Shown piece after piece: positions 50,819-64,000 of a stretch of DNA of 64,000 bases. The notes beneath the pieces were generated by a model. It had not been told where the DNA came from and made no database searches. It worked only from the letters and a program-made list of their open reading frames with translations. Within the stretch, counting starts at the first letter, position 1. Each line of letters opens with the position of its first letter. This stretch comes from Octopus sinensis (lineage: Eukaryota): contig NC_042997.1 in the NCBI RefSeq assembly GCF_006345805.1, positions 200,322,001 through 200,386,000 on the forward strand, written 5' to 3'. Both the position numbers and the translations under genes were made by a program.

Positions 50819-52945
50819 ACAGATATATAGAGAGATAGAAGACAGACAGGCAGATAGATTGATAGATAGAAAGAGAGATAAAGAATAAAGAGATATGGGG
50901 AGACAAAGAGAAAGAGAGAGAAAGAATGAGAGAAAGAAAGAGCAAGCATTATTTACAGTGTAATCCAAGCCTTTACGAAAGCTGTAGTGTCAACATAAAA
51001 CAGCTAAAGTCCATTGGAGCTACCAAATGACTAATGGAATTTAATGGAAAATAGTGACTCAGCAAAAGACTACAATTAAAAAGGGGATTAGTTTTTATGT
51101 TGCACCAGATGCAACGAGATTTGCATAATATGTCACAAGATACAATTTTAGGTCTGTAAGATGTTAACACCAGCTTCAAGTAACGTCGGTACAAAGTGAA
51201 TATGGCAAGAACTTTAATAAAAAATAGGTCTGTAGAACAGTGAAATGAAGAATGGCGCTAGTTTTGTGCAGGGTTGATTCAAATGATACCATAGGTTTCA
51301 TATAAATGCTGCAGGATAAATGTGAAGACTGAAGAATGCGAAAAAGCCTGAGGCTAAGTTATTACGTTCAAGTGTTTCTGTTTGTGCCAATGTATATGCG
51401 GTGCAATATATAAAACAAAGAGTGAGGGAATGCCAGAGTAATCCATCTGAGAAGAAAAAGGAAACAAGTGAAAGCAAATTGCAGAATGCAGACCATCAAG
51501 AAATACTTGTCGATGATAGAGAAAAATTTATAATCATTAACAGAACAATTTAATAAGAGAATGAAAATTGTGCAACTGCTAATACTAATCAATGGAATGT
51601 GAGAACAGAGAGGAAACAGCCAAACACAGTTTACTGAGATAATTCTGAGTAAATACGGCTGTCAGTGGGATTGACACACAGGGTTTAGCTGTGGAAGAAG
51701 GTTATCTCTCCATCTTTAGATGCAGAAAGACACACATACACACACATATGCACACACATACCCAAACACACACATAGAAGCACACACACACATACAGAAG
51801 CACACACACATAGAGGCTCATGCACCCACCCACCCACACAGAGAGGCACACACAGGCACACGCACACATACAGAAGCACACACACACATACACATGGAGG
51901 CTCACGCACCCACCGACACAAGAAGGCACAGACACAGACAGGCACACACACACAGGCTCTCTCTCTCTCTTTCTCTCTTACAAACACACACTATACTAGG
52001 GGCTTCCTTACATTTCAGTCTACCAAATTTCCTCACATTGTTCGGTCCTAGCTTTTGTAGAAGACCCGAGGTGCCCTGTGATAGAACTGGACTCAAAAAC
52101 CACATAGTGTGTTTAAGAAGCTCGCTTCTTAATCACACACAGCAGAGCCACGTATCAATTTTAATTCGCAAAGTTTGAACAAATCTGGGTGGATAACTAC
52201 AGACTGGATTGCTAGTGAATTACAGCATGGAAGACTGACGCAGTTAAACACCAACGTAAACAGAGTCAACAATATGTCACAGCATACATTTGGCATGAGA
52301 GATGGGGGGAGGGATGAGGAGGGGGAGAAGGAGAGGGAGAGTGTGTAAAGGAAGGAGAGAAAGAGAAAGATGGATTGTGAGAGAATGTCTTAATTATGGA
52401 ACCAAACGGTTTGGCTGTTACAGGCATGAAGATGAACTCTTATGAAAGGTTACGTATGATTTTCATTGTCTGTAAATGTGTATGGAATCTTCTTGTGAGA
52501 TTCAGACAGAGTAATACAAGTGTATGAATTCGTCGCCAGAGAAACTGTCATAAGTTTTTGTGTAATAAAATAAGGTGGTGGTGTGAAAGAGACAGAAAGT
52601 GTGTGTGGGTGAGTAAAAGAATGCTTCAGCACAAAGCCATGCAGCGTAGGTGCTACAGGCAAAAGAAAATGTACGAAGAAATGTCAAAAACAACTTATTT
52701 TATAATCTTTAATAGACGCCAGAAAGCTGTTCAAAGAATTACGAGTGCATCAAAAGTAAACTGCTTAATTAGCTGAAAATAGCCACGAGAACAGTCATGT
52801 GGCATGCTTCTGAAATGGTGACTTTCTGCTACGACCGTTCAGATGAGATCATGTGACCCTTGCCGGTGAGCCAAAACTGAAATATTAAATTTGACGCAGC
52901 TAGAGACAATTATAATGCTATAATGAATGCATATATGCCTGTCTG

Positions 52946-52988
<43 letters not shown>

Positions 52989-53269
52989 GAGAATGAGAGA
53001 CACACTAAGTGTGAGAAGCGGAGATAGACAGAGTAAGGGTTACACTACACACGCAAACCTTGGTTATTTTGACGCTAATTATAATCATTTCTATATGTTC
53101 TGTTATAACGTGAAAATATTCAACAAATCCTGAGTTTTAACAAATGCTGATCACCAGTAACTCCAATTAGCAAAAGGTCAACTCTTTGTATGCTATGCGC
53201 AATTAAAAAAAAAGCAAAATAAGAAAGAAGAAACTTAACACCGGCACTCCATAACTTACGACTATGAAT

Positions 53270-53545
53270 GTTCCGATCAACAGAACGGCCTGCTGACGAA
53301 ACTAACGTGCAAGTGGCTGAGCACTCCACAGATAGGCGTATCCTTAACGTAGAACTCGGGAAGATTCATCTTGACACAGCATGTGACAAGGCTGTCCCTT
53401 TGAATTACAGATTCTGCTCATTTTCGCTAGCCGAGTAGAGTAACGTGAAATGAAGTGTCTTCCTAAAGGATACAATGCACTGTCTATCTCCCCTATTCAC
53501 TGAGGGCTCACGGCCTTACGATAGTGAGTCGCATACCCTAACCAC
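53270..53545 (-). mobile_element. Diverged SINE family C
   Basis: CCGATCAACAGAACGGCCTGCTGACGAAACTAACGTGCAAGTGGCTGAGCACTCCACAG...CCCTAACCACT. Confidence 0.72.
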
Positions 53546-53814
53546 TAAATCAGCTATGTAATCAGTTATGTAACACGTGCTGCTTCTTTGCCTTAGTTAC
53601 TATACAAACAGTGTTCTTCGCCATGGTGATGTGTAAAATACACGCTTCTGATTGGCTAAAATACCCAAATTTTACAATTTTTGAAGGCGAATAACTTTTT
53701 AATTATGAATTTATAGGAAAAATGAAATTCTTTTTCATAATTAGTATACAAAACTTAATCTATATACTAAATTTGAAAACAACTGGAACAAAATTGTTGA
53801 GTGACGAAAACCAC

Positions 53815-53995
53815 AAAGATCCCAATGCAAAATTCAAGGGCTGTTTGGACTAATCTCATGCCTCTACCGCCATCACTTCGTATCACATAAATCCTATTGG
53901 TGTTGCTGTTAATGTGAAAGTTGCCATTGGTGGTCAGTACCTTTCTGGTTTTGATGTCCAAGCTGCGTATTCCATCACCTAAGAAGTTCACTTTC
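53815..53995 (-). pseudogene. R4/Dong-like RT thumb fragment
   Basis: IRSLDIKTRKVLTTNGNFHINSNTNRIYVIRSDGGRGM resembles LDRKTRKLLTMHG.HHP.ADVDRLY..R..GGRGL. Confidence 0.75.
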
Positions 53996-55003
53996 TAGCG
54001 CCTTGATCTGGGGTTCAGTCCCACTTCATGGTTCCTTGGGTACTATAACCCAGTGCCAAAGATAGCCCTGAGCCACCTGAAGGTTTGTGAATGGATTTAG
54101 CCGAAGAAAACTGAAAGAAGCTCATCGTATGCATGTGTGTGTCTATGTCTATGTCATGCCTAAATGTGTGCGTGTGAGTTTGTGTTTGTGTTTGTGTCAT
54201 AGTCGCACAAGCGTTGTCTTTCATTTCCAGTTTTCCATCTGGCCATGGGGAAATGCTGCCTTGTTTAGAAACAGATGAGGTTTGAGGACAAAAAAGAGCA
54301 TCTGGCCATAGAAAAAGAATTCTCTCTGACCCATACAAACATAGGAAAGTGGACGTTAAAACGATAATGACGACGATAACAACAAGAACAACAACAACAA
54401 CAGTAAAGTAAATGCTCTTATTTATTTCTAACCTTTTGACCAGCCAATAATAAAACAGTTTGATTACTTAATTGTTTGTTAATTAGATTTGCTTGTCTTT
54501 TGAAGCTAGCGATTTATGTTGCCGAAATGATTATAAGTTAAACTAATTAAACGAAATAATTATGTACTGTGAAGTAAAATGTTTAATCTTAGAGCTCAGC
54601 AACTAATGAGAAATGATTCTATCTCCTGACTTAGTTGTATTAAAATATAAAAAAATAGATTTCATAGTAATTCTAAAAGAAAATAAACTTCTGAAACCAG
54701 CCAGACAATGTTTATGTTAATATCAATTAGTCAAGAATATATTACATTTTATCGGGGAAAAAAATAAGTTTGGATACTTTTCTGAGTGCATTTATGCGAT
54801 GTTTTTGAAACGTAGCAAAAAGAAATAAAAATTCATATTATTTTGAACTTGTTACAAAACAGCATAAGTCGAGAGTTGTGTTACGTAGAGAGAGAAGTGC
54901 TTAGACTAGAACAATTATAGAGAAAAAAAGTGTACAAAGCTTCTTTACGTATGTTATTTGTATTGTTAATTATTCAGCAGTGAGTATAAGTATACGCATA
55001 TCA

Positions 55004-55450
55004 AAGGTGGCGTGCTGGCAGAAACGTTAGCACGTCGGGCGAAATGCTTAGCGGTATTTCGTCTGCCGTTACCTTCTGAGTTCAAATTCCGCCGAGGTCG
55101 ATTTTGCCTTTCATCCTTTCGGGGTTGATAAATTAAATACCAGTTACGCACTGGGGTCGCTGTAATCGGCTTAATCCCTTTGTCTGTCCTTGTTTGCCCC
55201 CTCTGTGTTTAGCCCCTTGTGGGCAATAAAGAAATAAGAAACGTTAGCACGCCGGGCGAAATGCTTAGCAGTATTTCGTCTGCCGTTACTTTCTGAGTTC
55301 AAATTCTGCCGAGGTCGACTTTGCCTTTCATCCTTTTGGGGTCGATAAATTAAGTACCAGTTACGCACTGGGGTCGATATAATCGACTTAATCTGTCTGT
55401 CCTGGTTTGTCCCCTCTGTGTTTAGCACCTTGTGGGTAGTAAAGAAATAG
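55004..55450 (+). mobile_element. SINE family B dimer with TSD
   Basis: Flanked by GTAT(A/T)CGCATATCA; internal junction AAAGAAATA|AGAAACGTTAGC. Confidence 0.9.
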
Positions 55451-57073
55451 GTATTCGCATATCAGAGTGCATAGGCAGTAATTTATTATTTCAGATCTGG
55501 CCGTCACGTGAACAGTATGCTTCGGCTGAAGTGGTCTAATGAAAGAAACTGAAACGTGTTTAGAATTGTCAATGTGTCTGCCAAAGACCACATTGATTTG
55601 TTCCTCTCACCACAGGCGAGTTACCAATTTTAATTTATTTCAGTGTAGCCAACTCAAGACCATTTATGTGATTAGAAATTGTCTTCCCTGCCTATCTTGG
55701 TTAGATTTAAACCTTGATCGGGAGTTAATATATGCTTAATACAATTAAGGTTTGCATAAAGTATTCTACTTCGCCACGTAGAATATAGCTCAGGTGACTG
55801 ATTGAATTAAAGCGATCAGGTTATTTATAAATGACGGTTTCAACATTTGGCATGCGGCCACTAACATTGAGGAGATATTAGTCAATTCCATTGACCCCAG
55901 TGTTTGACTACTACTATATTTCGTGACCCTGGAGGGGACCGATAAAACAAAGTGCAATAAAAGCAAAGTCGACTGGTTGAATTTGAACTCAGAACATAAC
56001 GAACCGGAAGAAATAACTTCGAACATTATGTCCGGAACTCTGCTAAGTCTACCAACTTGCCGCCTTACGTTATACATAATATTAGACAAAATATTCTTCA
56101 GTTACCAACAGCTAATAATCTGCTGTATAGCCCAGGGAGGGAGAGAGGGAACGATGTGGTAGTACTCCCACATCAGGATTGGAATTGCTTATCCATACAC
56201 CCAAATATCTTCGACAGCATCCAAAGAATAGTCACGTGACAACTTGACATAACGTCAGTCACTCAAAAACGCTCACATGTGTGATGTCAACTCTCCTCTC
56301 CTGTTGCTACTCAGTGGCCTCAGTCCCTCAGACATGACTGATCATGTGTTCCATCACTCGTTTCTCCTCTTCTCATCACTTATACAGTGATGAGAATAAG
56401 CGAAGGTTATAATTATGAAATTTGTGTTTTTATACTCAAAAGTTCTTAACATCACTTCAAAGTGCAAACTTTTAAAATATAAAATGTCTTCGCATGCCCA
56501 TCAGAAGAATTAATTCATAACATAAGCTGCGGCTGTCGAAAATTATATTGGCCAAATCCGAATGTCAAAGAGAAAATGGATGACTGTTCACCAATAACAA
56601 ATACGTCATCCAAGCCACGTACAAAAAATAGACTCAGTATTTAGATAGATGAGCAGGAACTCGGTAACCACATTTTGAACATCTGCCATAAAATCAATGT
56701 ACGGAAAATAGGACAGAAAAACAAAGAATCAATGAGAAACTTTTTTATTGAGAAATATAAAACAAGTTTAAATCGATAACCAATTACTGATGTTTATTGT
56801 TAGTTAATTTCTCAATACTTATAGAATACATTTTTTTGTCGTTAAAGTCTCCAAATTCACACTCTTTCATAATTTGGGTTTTTTTACGGCTGAATGCTCT
56901 TCTTAACACCAGTCACCCGGCAGAGTAGATTGAATGTTTTTACGTGGCACAAGCACAGGCGAGGTCAGTTTTGGCAAGGTTTCTACAGTTTGATGCACTT
57001 CCAAATGCCAACCACTTTACAGTGTGGACTGGATACATACATACACATTTACATACATTCATACGTACGTACG

Positions 57074-57105
<32 letters not shown>

Positions 57106-57414
57106 CACAACAATCCCCTGCTTTTCCTTTCTTCCAGATATAGATACTTACATCCTCATCTATACAACTGCATATTTTGCCGCTTCCTCTCTTCTTAATT
57201 ATAAGCCTCCCATAGAAACCCATTCACTATTTCTCTTTTCCACGGTGTCTACACTTCTCTTTTTATTTTGACGAAGCTCTAATGTCCAAAATATAAAAGA
57301 GACACTCTCTTTCCATTAAAGAGTTAAGCTAAAACCGTATTTGTTAATCGTTGTTTCTCCAGCATTGGTCTCGTTTTTTTTTAATGGTCGTTGTATTTTA
57401 CACTACACACAAAT

Positions 57415-57510
<96 letters not shown>

Positions 57511-57776
57511 TATATATATATATATATATATAATTATATATATATGCGTGTATATATATGAATGTATGTATATATGCCGTTTACTTCAATCAATCACTCA
57601 ATCAATCAAAAGATCAAATTCAATATCTATTTGTATGAAGAGGCTGTGGGTGCATACCGAGAGACACAAACTCCATCCTCATCTTCCCTGGTTATCGACG
57701 AAATATTAGTATATGCCCACAAGTATCTATGACATATAAACATGGAAACACATTACCATACACACATACACATACG

Positions 57777-57830
<54 letters not shown>

Positions 57831-57911
57831 AATATTTATTCATGAACATACACAAGTAACTGTAATAATATGTGTGTGTGTATGTATATATATATATATA
57901 TATATACATAC

Positions 57912-57983
<72 letters not shown>

Positions 57984-58096
57984 TACATAAACATATATAT
58001 GTATATATATACATACATACATACACACACACACACCACACACACACACACTCAGATATATGTAATTGTGTATATATTCATGTGTGTGTGTGTCTG

Positions 58097-58132
<36 letters not shown>
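57415..58132. repeat. Two long interrupted (TA)n/(CA)n tracts
   Basis: Direct reading (57415-57560 and 57775-58132). Confidence 0.92.
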
Positions 58133-58137
<5 letters not shown>

Positions 58138-59325
58138 ACTTTTCTGTTAAACATTATATTATGAATCATACTATAGTAAAATGTAATGGCATTTGTTCCA
58201 TAAAATAATATTAGAAATTCTATTTTAAGTTTTGGTTTGTGGTTCAGTCTTTGTCCTCATTCTTTTATCTTTGTATTGCATAATAAGCCTCCAATTATTG
58301 TTATACCACCTATTGATAACATTCTTTCATTCCATCGCGGTTATTGGATTTGAGTTACTTTATATCATCATTCATTTAGAATTCCTGATACATTATTGTA
58401 TTTTATTTTGATTTCTTACGTTTATGAATGCCATCAGAATAGTTCTATCAGTCTGTTATGTTATGGTTCTTTAGTGCTGATTATTATGGACTTATTTTTG
58501 CTTAATCACCATTTTCTTCTTTTAGAGTTATGTTATCAAACATTGCTGTGTTTGTTTCTTCTGCAGCTTGTGTTTCATTTTCGGATTTTTATTTCTGAAT
58601 GGATAAATCCTACAACATCAGATGCATTATATTTTCCGAGATGAATAGTTATTATCCTGCTTTAATTCATGAACAGTTAGAAAAGCTGGACTGTGAAGCT
58701 TAAGAAAACCACTAATAGAAATATCTATGAAGGAGAAGGCATAATAAGAAGTTGGGAAAGAAAGCAATGATTTTTCAATTCTATGTTATAAGAAAATTAA
58801 CCATTTTCTAACAGCCTCTGATTCATCACAGAATTATTGATTATTTAATTGTTGAAGCCTATGATTTAGAAGTTTCTAGAATGTTATTAATTTGTCTTGT
58901 CTCTAAGCTGGAATATGTAAAAATAATTTACTAAACCAACTGGCATTGAAAATTGTTATATATTTTGCAATAATAACCAGCTCCTTCTGTTTCATTTGTG
59001 GTCATGGATTTGATCAATGTTTGAGGGTAGTTAATGTTGAGCTAATGTTACTCAACAGAAAGAAATATATGTTCTACTGGTTTTATATTCAAACAAACTA
59101 GATCCAGAAAATTACCATTTCTAAATCTCTCAACGTGACATATTCAGCAACAGCACTTTGTAGTAAAGATTGTTTGCCAACATAACATGGCAGTCCTTGT
59201 TTAGGACGAATGTTGCAGCAATTTAGCCCCAGGAGACAACGTCACCAGCTGGCTATACGACACGACCTGTGTCCTTATATTTTAGAACAAGGGAATCTAG
59301 CACTCCCACTTGGCTCAAAACAATA

Positions 59326-59370
59326 TCTGTGTATTGCAATTTCTGGGTTATTTCCCTTCATCAGCACAGA
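59326..59370 (-). ncRNA. Minimal type I hammerhead ribozyme, intact-looking
   Basis: Minus strand TCTGTG-CTGATGA-A-GGG-AAATAA-CCC-A-GAAA-TTGCAA-TA-CACAGA: 6-bp stem I, palindromic stem III ATTGCAAT, AUA triplet. Confidence 0.72.
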
Positions 59371-59453
59371 ATAATTGTTCGGCTAGAGATGGCGCTGCCA
59401 AATTCCTGCACAAAATATATAGTTTTCAAAGTGACAACTAGTCACCGGTTTAT

Positions 59454-59497
59454 TCTGTACTGATGAAGAGAAATAATCGGAAATCGCAATACACAGA
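59454..59497 (+). ncRNA. Degenerate sister hammerhead in the right arm
   Basis: TCTGTA-CTGATGA-AGAGAAATAATCG-GAAA-TCGCAA-TA-CACAGA; core intact, stems mutated. Confidence 0.5.
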
Positions 59498-59856
59498 TAT
59501 TGTTTTGAGCTGAGTGTAGGTGTTAGATTCCCTTGTTTGAAAATATAAGGACACAAATCGTGTCGTATTGCCAGCTGGAGACGATGTCTCCTGGGGCAAA
59601 ATTACAGCAACATTAGTCCTAAAGCAGGACTGCCATGTTATGTTGGCAAACAAACTAGATCCAGTCTCTCACATCTATCCTACAATGTCATTTTAAAAAT
59701 GAACAATCACATCATTGAAATATTACAGCTGCAATATAATGCATGGTTAATTAAAAAACAATGTCAGTAAATAAGCATTACAGTTGACGAAGTAATCTAC
59801 ATGCTAAATGATTAAAGCAGTATCTATTTAGCAAACAGTAAACTAACAATCTAATA

Positions 59857-60693
59857 CAGGTGTACCTCACCCTGCATTGTTAATTGGTTTTAGGAAACAC
59901 GACTTGAGTCGAAAAACGACTTAAGTCGAATTAACTTGTCTCTAGGCTTGGCTAGGCTGAATTTATTTGCCTCTAGGCTAAACCGATAATAACCATTCCC
60001 AGTTCTGTACTTTATTTATGAATGCATTTTCAATAATAGATGGTGAATAAAAACCTATTTTAAGCTTACAAACAAATAATCTTTATTTTTTAATACAGTG
60101 CAGTAAAAAAAGTAATCAAAATTTATGAATACAATTTACCGTACATTGCAGACGTGTTATTTATGAATGCGGTTTGCAATAATGTATGGTAAAATATGAC
60201 AACTACTAAAGCAACACCTATTGTTACAAACAGCATTAAGCTATCAACCAGCATATTCCAGAGTGATAGTTTATCTGTAATATTGTTCGTACTGGCAGTG
60301 AATCTCTTGTCATCCCTGTTATTAAAATGTCAAGGCTACAAGCTGGGATTTGCAGTAAAGGATAAAATTAATATCACCCACACATTTTTTGTTGATGCCT
60401 GATAAATAAGACAACACAGCTGATTTCATGATTTTGTTCACTGAGCTACGCTACTTTATGGTGTGTATCTTAACATTTACTGTATGTATTTTAATATGAT
60501 TTTATATGCTTTTATTCTTATTTATTGTACAGTAACATGATTTTATGTACTTTTAATAGTTTTCTAGTGATTTTAGTAAAGTCGAGTAAAATGACTTAAC
60601 CCGATTTATATTTTTCCATCTATTATTTTTGAAAACCGATATATAATCGGGAACGACTTAAATTGAAATGACTTAAGCTGAGGTATGCGTGTG
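59857..60693. mobile_element. Non-autonomous Tc1/mariner (pogo/Tigger-like) element
   Basis: TA|CAGGTGTACCTC left end, GAGGTATGCGTG(TG)|TA right end; subterminal (C)GACTTAA motifs at both ends. Confidence 0.55.
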
Positions 60694-61697
60694 TATTAAG
60701 ATAAACATCAGTTATAAAGACTAAATAGATCTTTATACAAGTCATTGTTATATGCTTTTATTGTCTAAGATCATCTTTATCACTAAAACTCATCAACTCG
60801 GATGTCCCCATAACCATAAACAAAGAAATCTTATATGGGTCCCGAAGGTCACATGGATCCTGGTTGAGAATCACTGCCCTATACTAAGGGTGGACCCGGT
60901 GGGAGGACTTGAGAGGTACGTGCCCTCTCCACCTCAAGAAAAGAAGTGTGCTCTTCTAAATAATGATATTATGCCCTTTTCTCTTAGAATTATATTTCAT
61001 TCTGACCTTGTGCCTGTAGCAAAGCTATATATTACATAGTAATATGTGAGCCGACCTGCACAGCAGATGAATATATCGATGAGGTATCTTATCTTGCTTT
61101 GATACACTAGCCTCGATTTGATACAGTAACCTTGTTCTGAGACACTTGTCTCATTCTGAGCTACACTGTAGGAACTCTCAGTTTCTGCCAGGCTCCGGTC
61201 AAAGACACATGTCTTCTCTGCAACTCCACACACAATCTCCCATGTGCAACTCACATGTCTATTCACCTTGACACAAGATATGTGGTTCATATCGAAGATA
61301 TCTTATCACACACACATTATCAAAATAACTGTTCTCATTACACACATGCATACATACTGTAATACAAATATTATATGTTATTTCTTTCAGTGCAGAAGCA
61401 AAAATCAAAATTCTCTTTGTATGTAAACACATGTCTTTGCATCATACTACATGCTTCCACCACAAAAGATGAACACAGAATAAACAATATATTTATGCAC
61501 AAAAATGTCTTATGCTGATTCATACGAACTGTTTTTCTATTTAATAACATGCACTTGAACAGCCAATGACAGCCTCTATATGCCCTCTCTTCGAAAAATT
61601 CCTGGGACCCCACCTGCTGTACAATACCAAGCTTCCTCAGTTACTCTTTCTGTTAACTTCATCACAGTTGCAGGTTGTGCTGTCTCATACGATACAA

Positions 61698-62110
61698 CTC
61701 TTTTTACTGTTTTACTTGTTTCAGTCATTTGACTGTGGACATGCTGGAGCACCACCTTTAGTCGAGCAAATCGACCCCAGGACTTATTCTTTGCAAAGCT
61801 AGTACTTATTCTATCGGTCTCCTTTGCTGAACCGCTAAGTTATGGGGACGTAAACACACCAACATCGGTTGTCAAGCGATGTTGGGGGGGGGAACAAACA
61901 CAGACACACAAACATATACACACACATACACTTATATACATATATACGACAAGCTTCTTTCAGTTTCCGTCTACCAAATCTACTCACAAGGCTTTGGTCA
62001 GCCTGAGGCTATAATAGAAGACACTAGCGCAAGGTGCCACGCAGTGGGACTGAACCCGGAACCATGTGGTTAGTAAGCAAGTTACTTATCACACAGCCAC
62101 TCCTGCACCT
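61698..62110 (-). mobile_element. SINE family A
   Basis: Full-length match. Confidence 0.92.
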
Positions 62111-62884
62111 ATATACTTCAATTTCAGAACCTTCCATAATAATTCAATTCACAAACACAAACACACATTCAGTTTCCATTTTCAAACTTTACTACAATAT
62201 TCTAATATTTCAACAGCACATTGTAATATCATTCACATCTCAGTAAGTTTCATTGCTGCTTTCAAACACTTTAAAACTATTTCATATGCTTTTTACAGCT
62301 GCCTGACTATTTCTCACAGTAAAACCTTTCAATGTTAATATACCAACCCGACATATTTGCAGTTCAGGATTTCTAATATACAAGGTCACAGTTATTTGTT
62401 GATATCGATAACTAAATCTAAGATTTAAGAGCTAAATACGATCGGTTTATAGCCCATAAAGTAGAAGAAAACGATTCTGTTTGCTGTAATGCAAACTCTA
62501 GTACTTTTCCACTATGTAACTCTAGTTTCAAATCTGGAATCTCCTTCAGTCCTAGTTTAGTGTACAAAATCGATTTGAGTGAAAATAATGAGCATATTCA
62601 AAAAGGGGAATTAAACACTTCAGTTTCTATTCCAGAGTGAAAAATTTAACATTTATGTAGTCAAATAATGAGATGGCTGAAATGAATTAGTTCGTTAACT
62701 GCTTTGAGCAACTGCTGAGAGGCATTGAGAGTGGAAGCATGAGAATGGACAACTTAAAGTCAGATAATTAAGTTCTGGATCTCCTTCCATACATGACACT
62801 CTCTAAATACACGACTTCACAAAAAATATTAATAAGTGTTGACTTCCCCTCCGCCTTCTTCCCTTTCTCATCTTCTCCCTCTGC

Positions 62885-63001
62885 TTCTTCTTCTTCTTCT
62901 TCTTCTTCTTCTTCTTCTTCTTCTTCTTCTTCTTCTTCTTCTTCTTCTTCTTCTTCTTCTTCTTCTTCTTCTTCTTCTTCTTCTTCTTCTTCTTCTTCTT
63001 C
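62885..63001. repeat. (TTC)n trinucleotide repeat
   Basis: Direct reading; source of the poly-E and poly-S ORFs. Confidence 0.98.
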
Positions 63002-63047
63002 TAATTTAGATGACAATTAATTCACTGCATCCTGTATATATATATAT

Positions 63048-63507
63048 TAGCCACCGATTGCTGGCCTTTCGTGTCCAGCAGCCGTTGCGGCAAGACACAC
63101 TTTTTTGTCTCTCTGTAGCCCTAAGGCTTTCTTCTAACACCAGCTCGTAAATTTACTCGTCCTGTCGAAAAAACGCTTGTCTGTGACGTCCTGTTTTTGT
63201 TGTTATTATTATTATCATTATTGTTTTTACGTATTTTTGTATTCTTATTCGTGTAACATCGTCCGTTTTTCCGTCCTTGTTTTGTATACATTCGAGGCTT
63301 TCTTCCAAGGAATCTAATGCGCTTGGCTTGGATTTTCCTTTGGGGCTGGCCAGATCGGAGCAATGTCAAGATTAATCAGCCGAAATTGCGAAGATGATCC
63401 GGTTCTTGACTGAAGATTGAAGGCTTCGAATGTCCCGTCCGTGTTTTTTGTATCGTTTTCTAAATGTTTCACGTTCTTGTCCCAGTTTGTATTTTTTTAC
63501 ATTTACG
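63048..63507. mobile_element. ~460-bp structured segment inserted in a (TA)n tract, family unassigned
   Basis: (TA)n on both sides; richer in CpG than its surroundings; several hairpins. Confidence 0.45.
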
Positions 63508-63931
63508 TATATATATATATATACATAGTTCATGTTTAGTTAAATGAAGGAAAAAGGTGGAGAGTTAAAATGATAATTATTAATTATTAAAAAATTGGTA
63601 ATCTTTACTTCTTACAGCCGTTTCCATTAGTGCTCAATAGGTAAATTACAAATTTATGTTTTAAATTTACATTTATATGTTATGAACGTAATTTCATCAG
63701 AGAAAAATATATACATTAAGATATTACATGCCAGCCTTTGCATTCATGCAAGCAGATTAAATAAAGAGATAGTATTTTTTATTGTTTTGTGTGAGAGGAG
63801 GGATAACAGATCAGTTAGAATATAATGGCTAATAAGGTAAAGTAAAGAATAAGATAAAATAAAATAAAAAGTAAATAAAGTAAAAATGGAAATAAAATAA
63901 AATGAAGAAAATTTTAAATAAATAATATAAA

Positions 63932-64000
63932 TCTATTATATAAAATCCGTTCTGTCTGTCTGTGTGTCTTCTAGGATCTTGGGCATCTTCCATCCGATTG
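63932..64000 (+). mobile_element. Probable 5' end of a third Helitron (continues beyond the window)
   Basis: A|TCTATTATATAAAATCCGTTCTGTCTGTCTG resembles the Helitron 5' ends at 13539 and 42587. Confidence 0.55.

Larger units (their letters stand above)
59170..59653. repeat. Inverted pair of ~205-bp hammerhead-bearing repeats (head-to-head, 75-nt spacer)
   Basis: 59170-59374 is the reverse complement of 59450-59653, with scattered substitutions. Confidence 0.92.

Noticed and set aside
62768-63020. Poly-Glu and poly-Ser ORFs
   Set aside because: Translations of a (TTC)n repeat.
63357-63439. CTGAAGA next to the TCAAGA/TCTTGA stem as a type II or III hammerhead
   Set aside because: Junction geometry fails: no GAAA with an A15.1-U16.1 pair, and G at the cleavage position.

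Overview
AT-rich eukaryotic DNA dominated by repeats. The SINE families and microsatellite load look like a cephalopod (Octopus-like) genome; this is an inference from recognising the repeats. I could not identify any host protein-coding exon. The ORF-track entries are microsatellite or SINE read-throughs, or pieces of decayed retrotransposons. The window holds three tRNA-headed SINE families, decayed LINEs (HERO/NeSL-like, R4/Dong-like, CR1/L2-like, RTE), a Gypsy RNase H remnant, a mariner end, non-autonomous Helitrons and several MITEs. The main unexplained signal is a dense set of type I hammerhead ribozyme (HHR) motifs from several unrelated sequence families, most of them abutting (TA)n tracts. 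They are: a ~473-bp tandem array with one HHR per unit (retrozyme or Penelope pseudo-LTR-like); an HHR downstream of a Penelope-like RT linker remnant; a head-to-head inverted HHR pair; and a minimal HHR family whose copies all carry U instead of the normally invariant A6. All folds were worked out by eye and none has been tested for activity.
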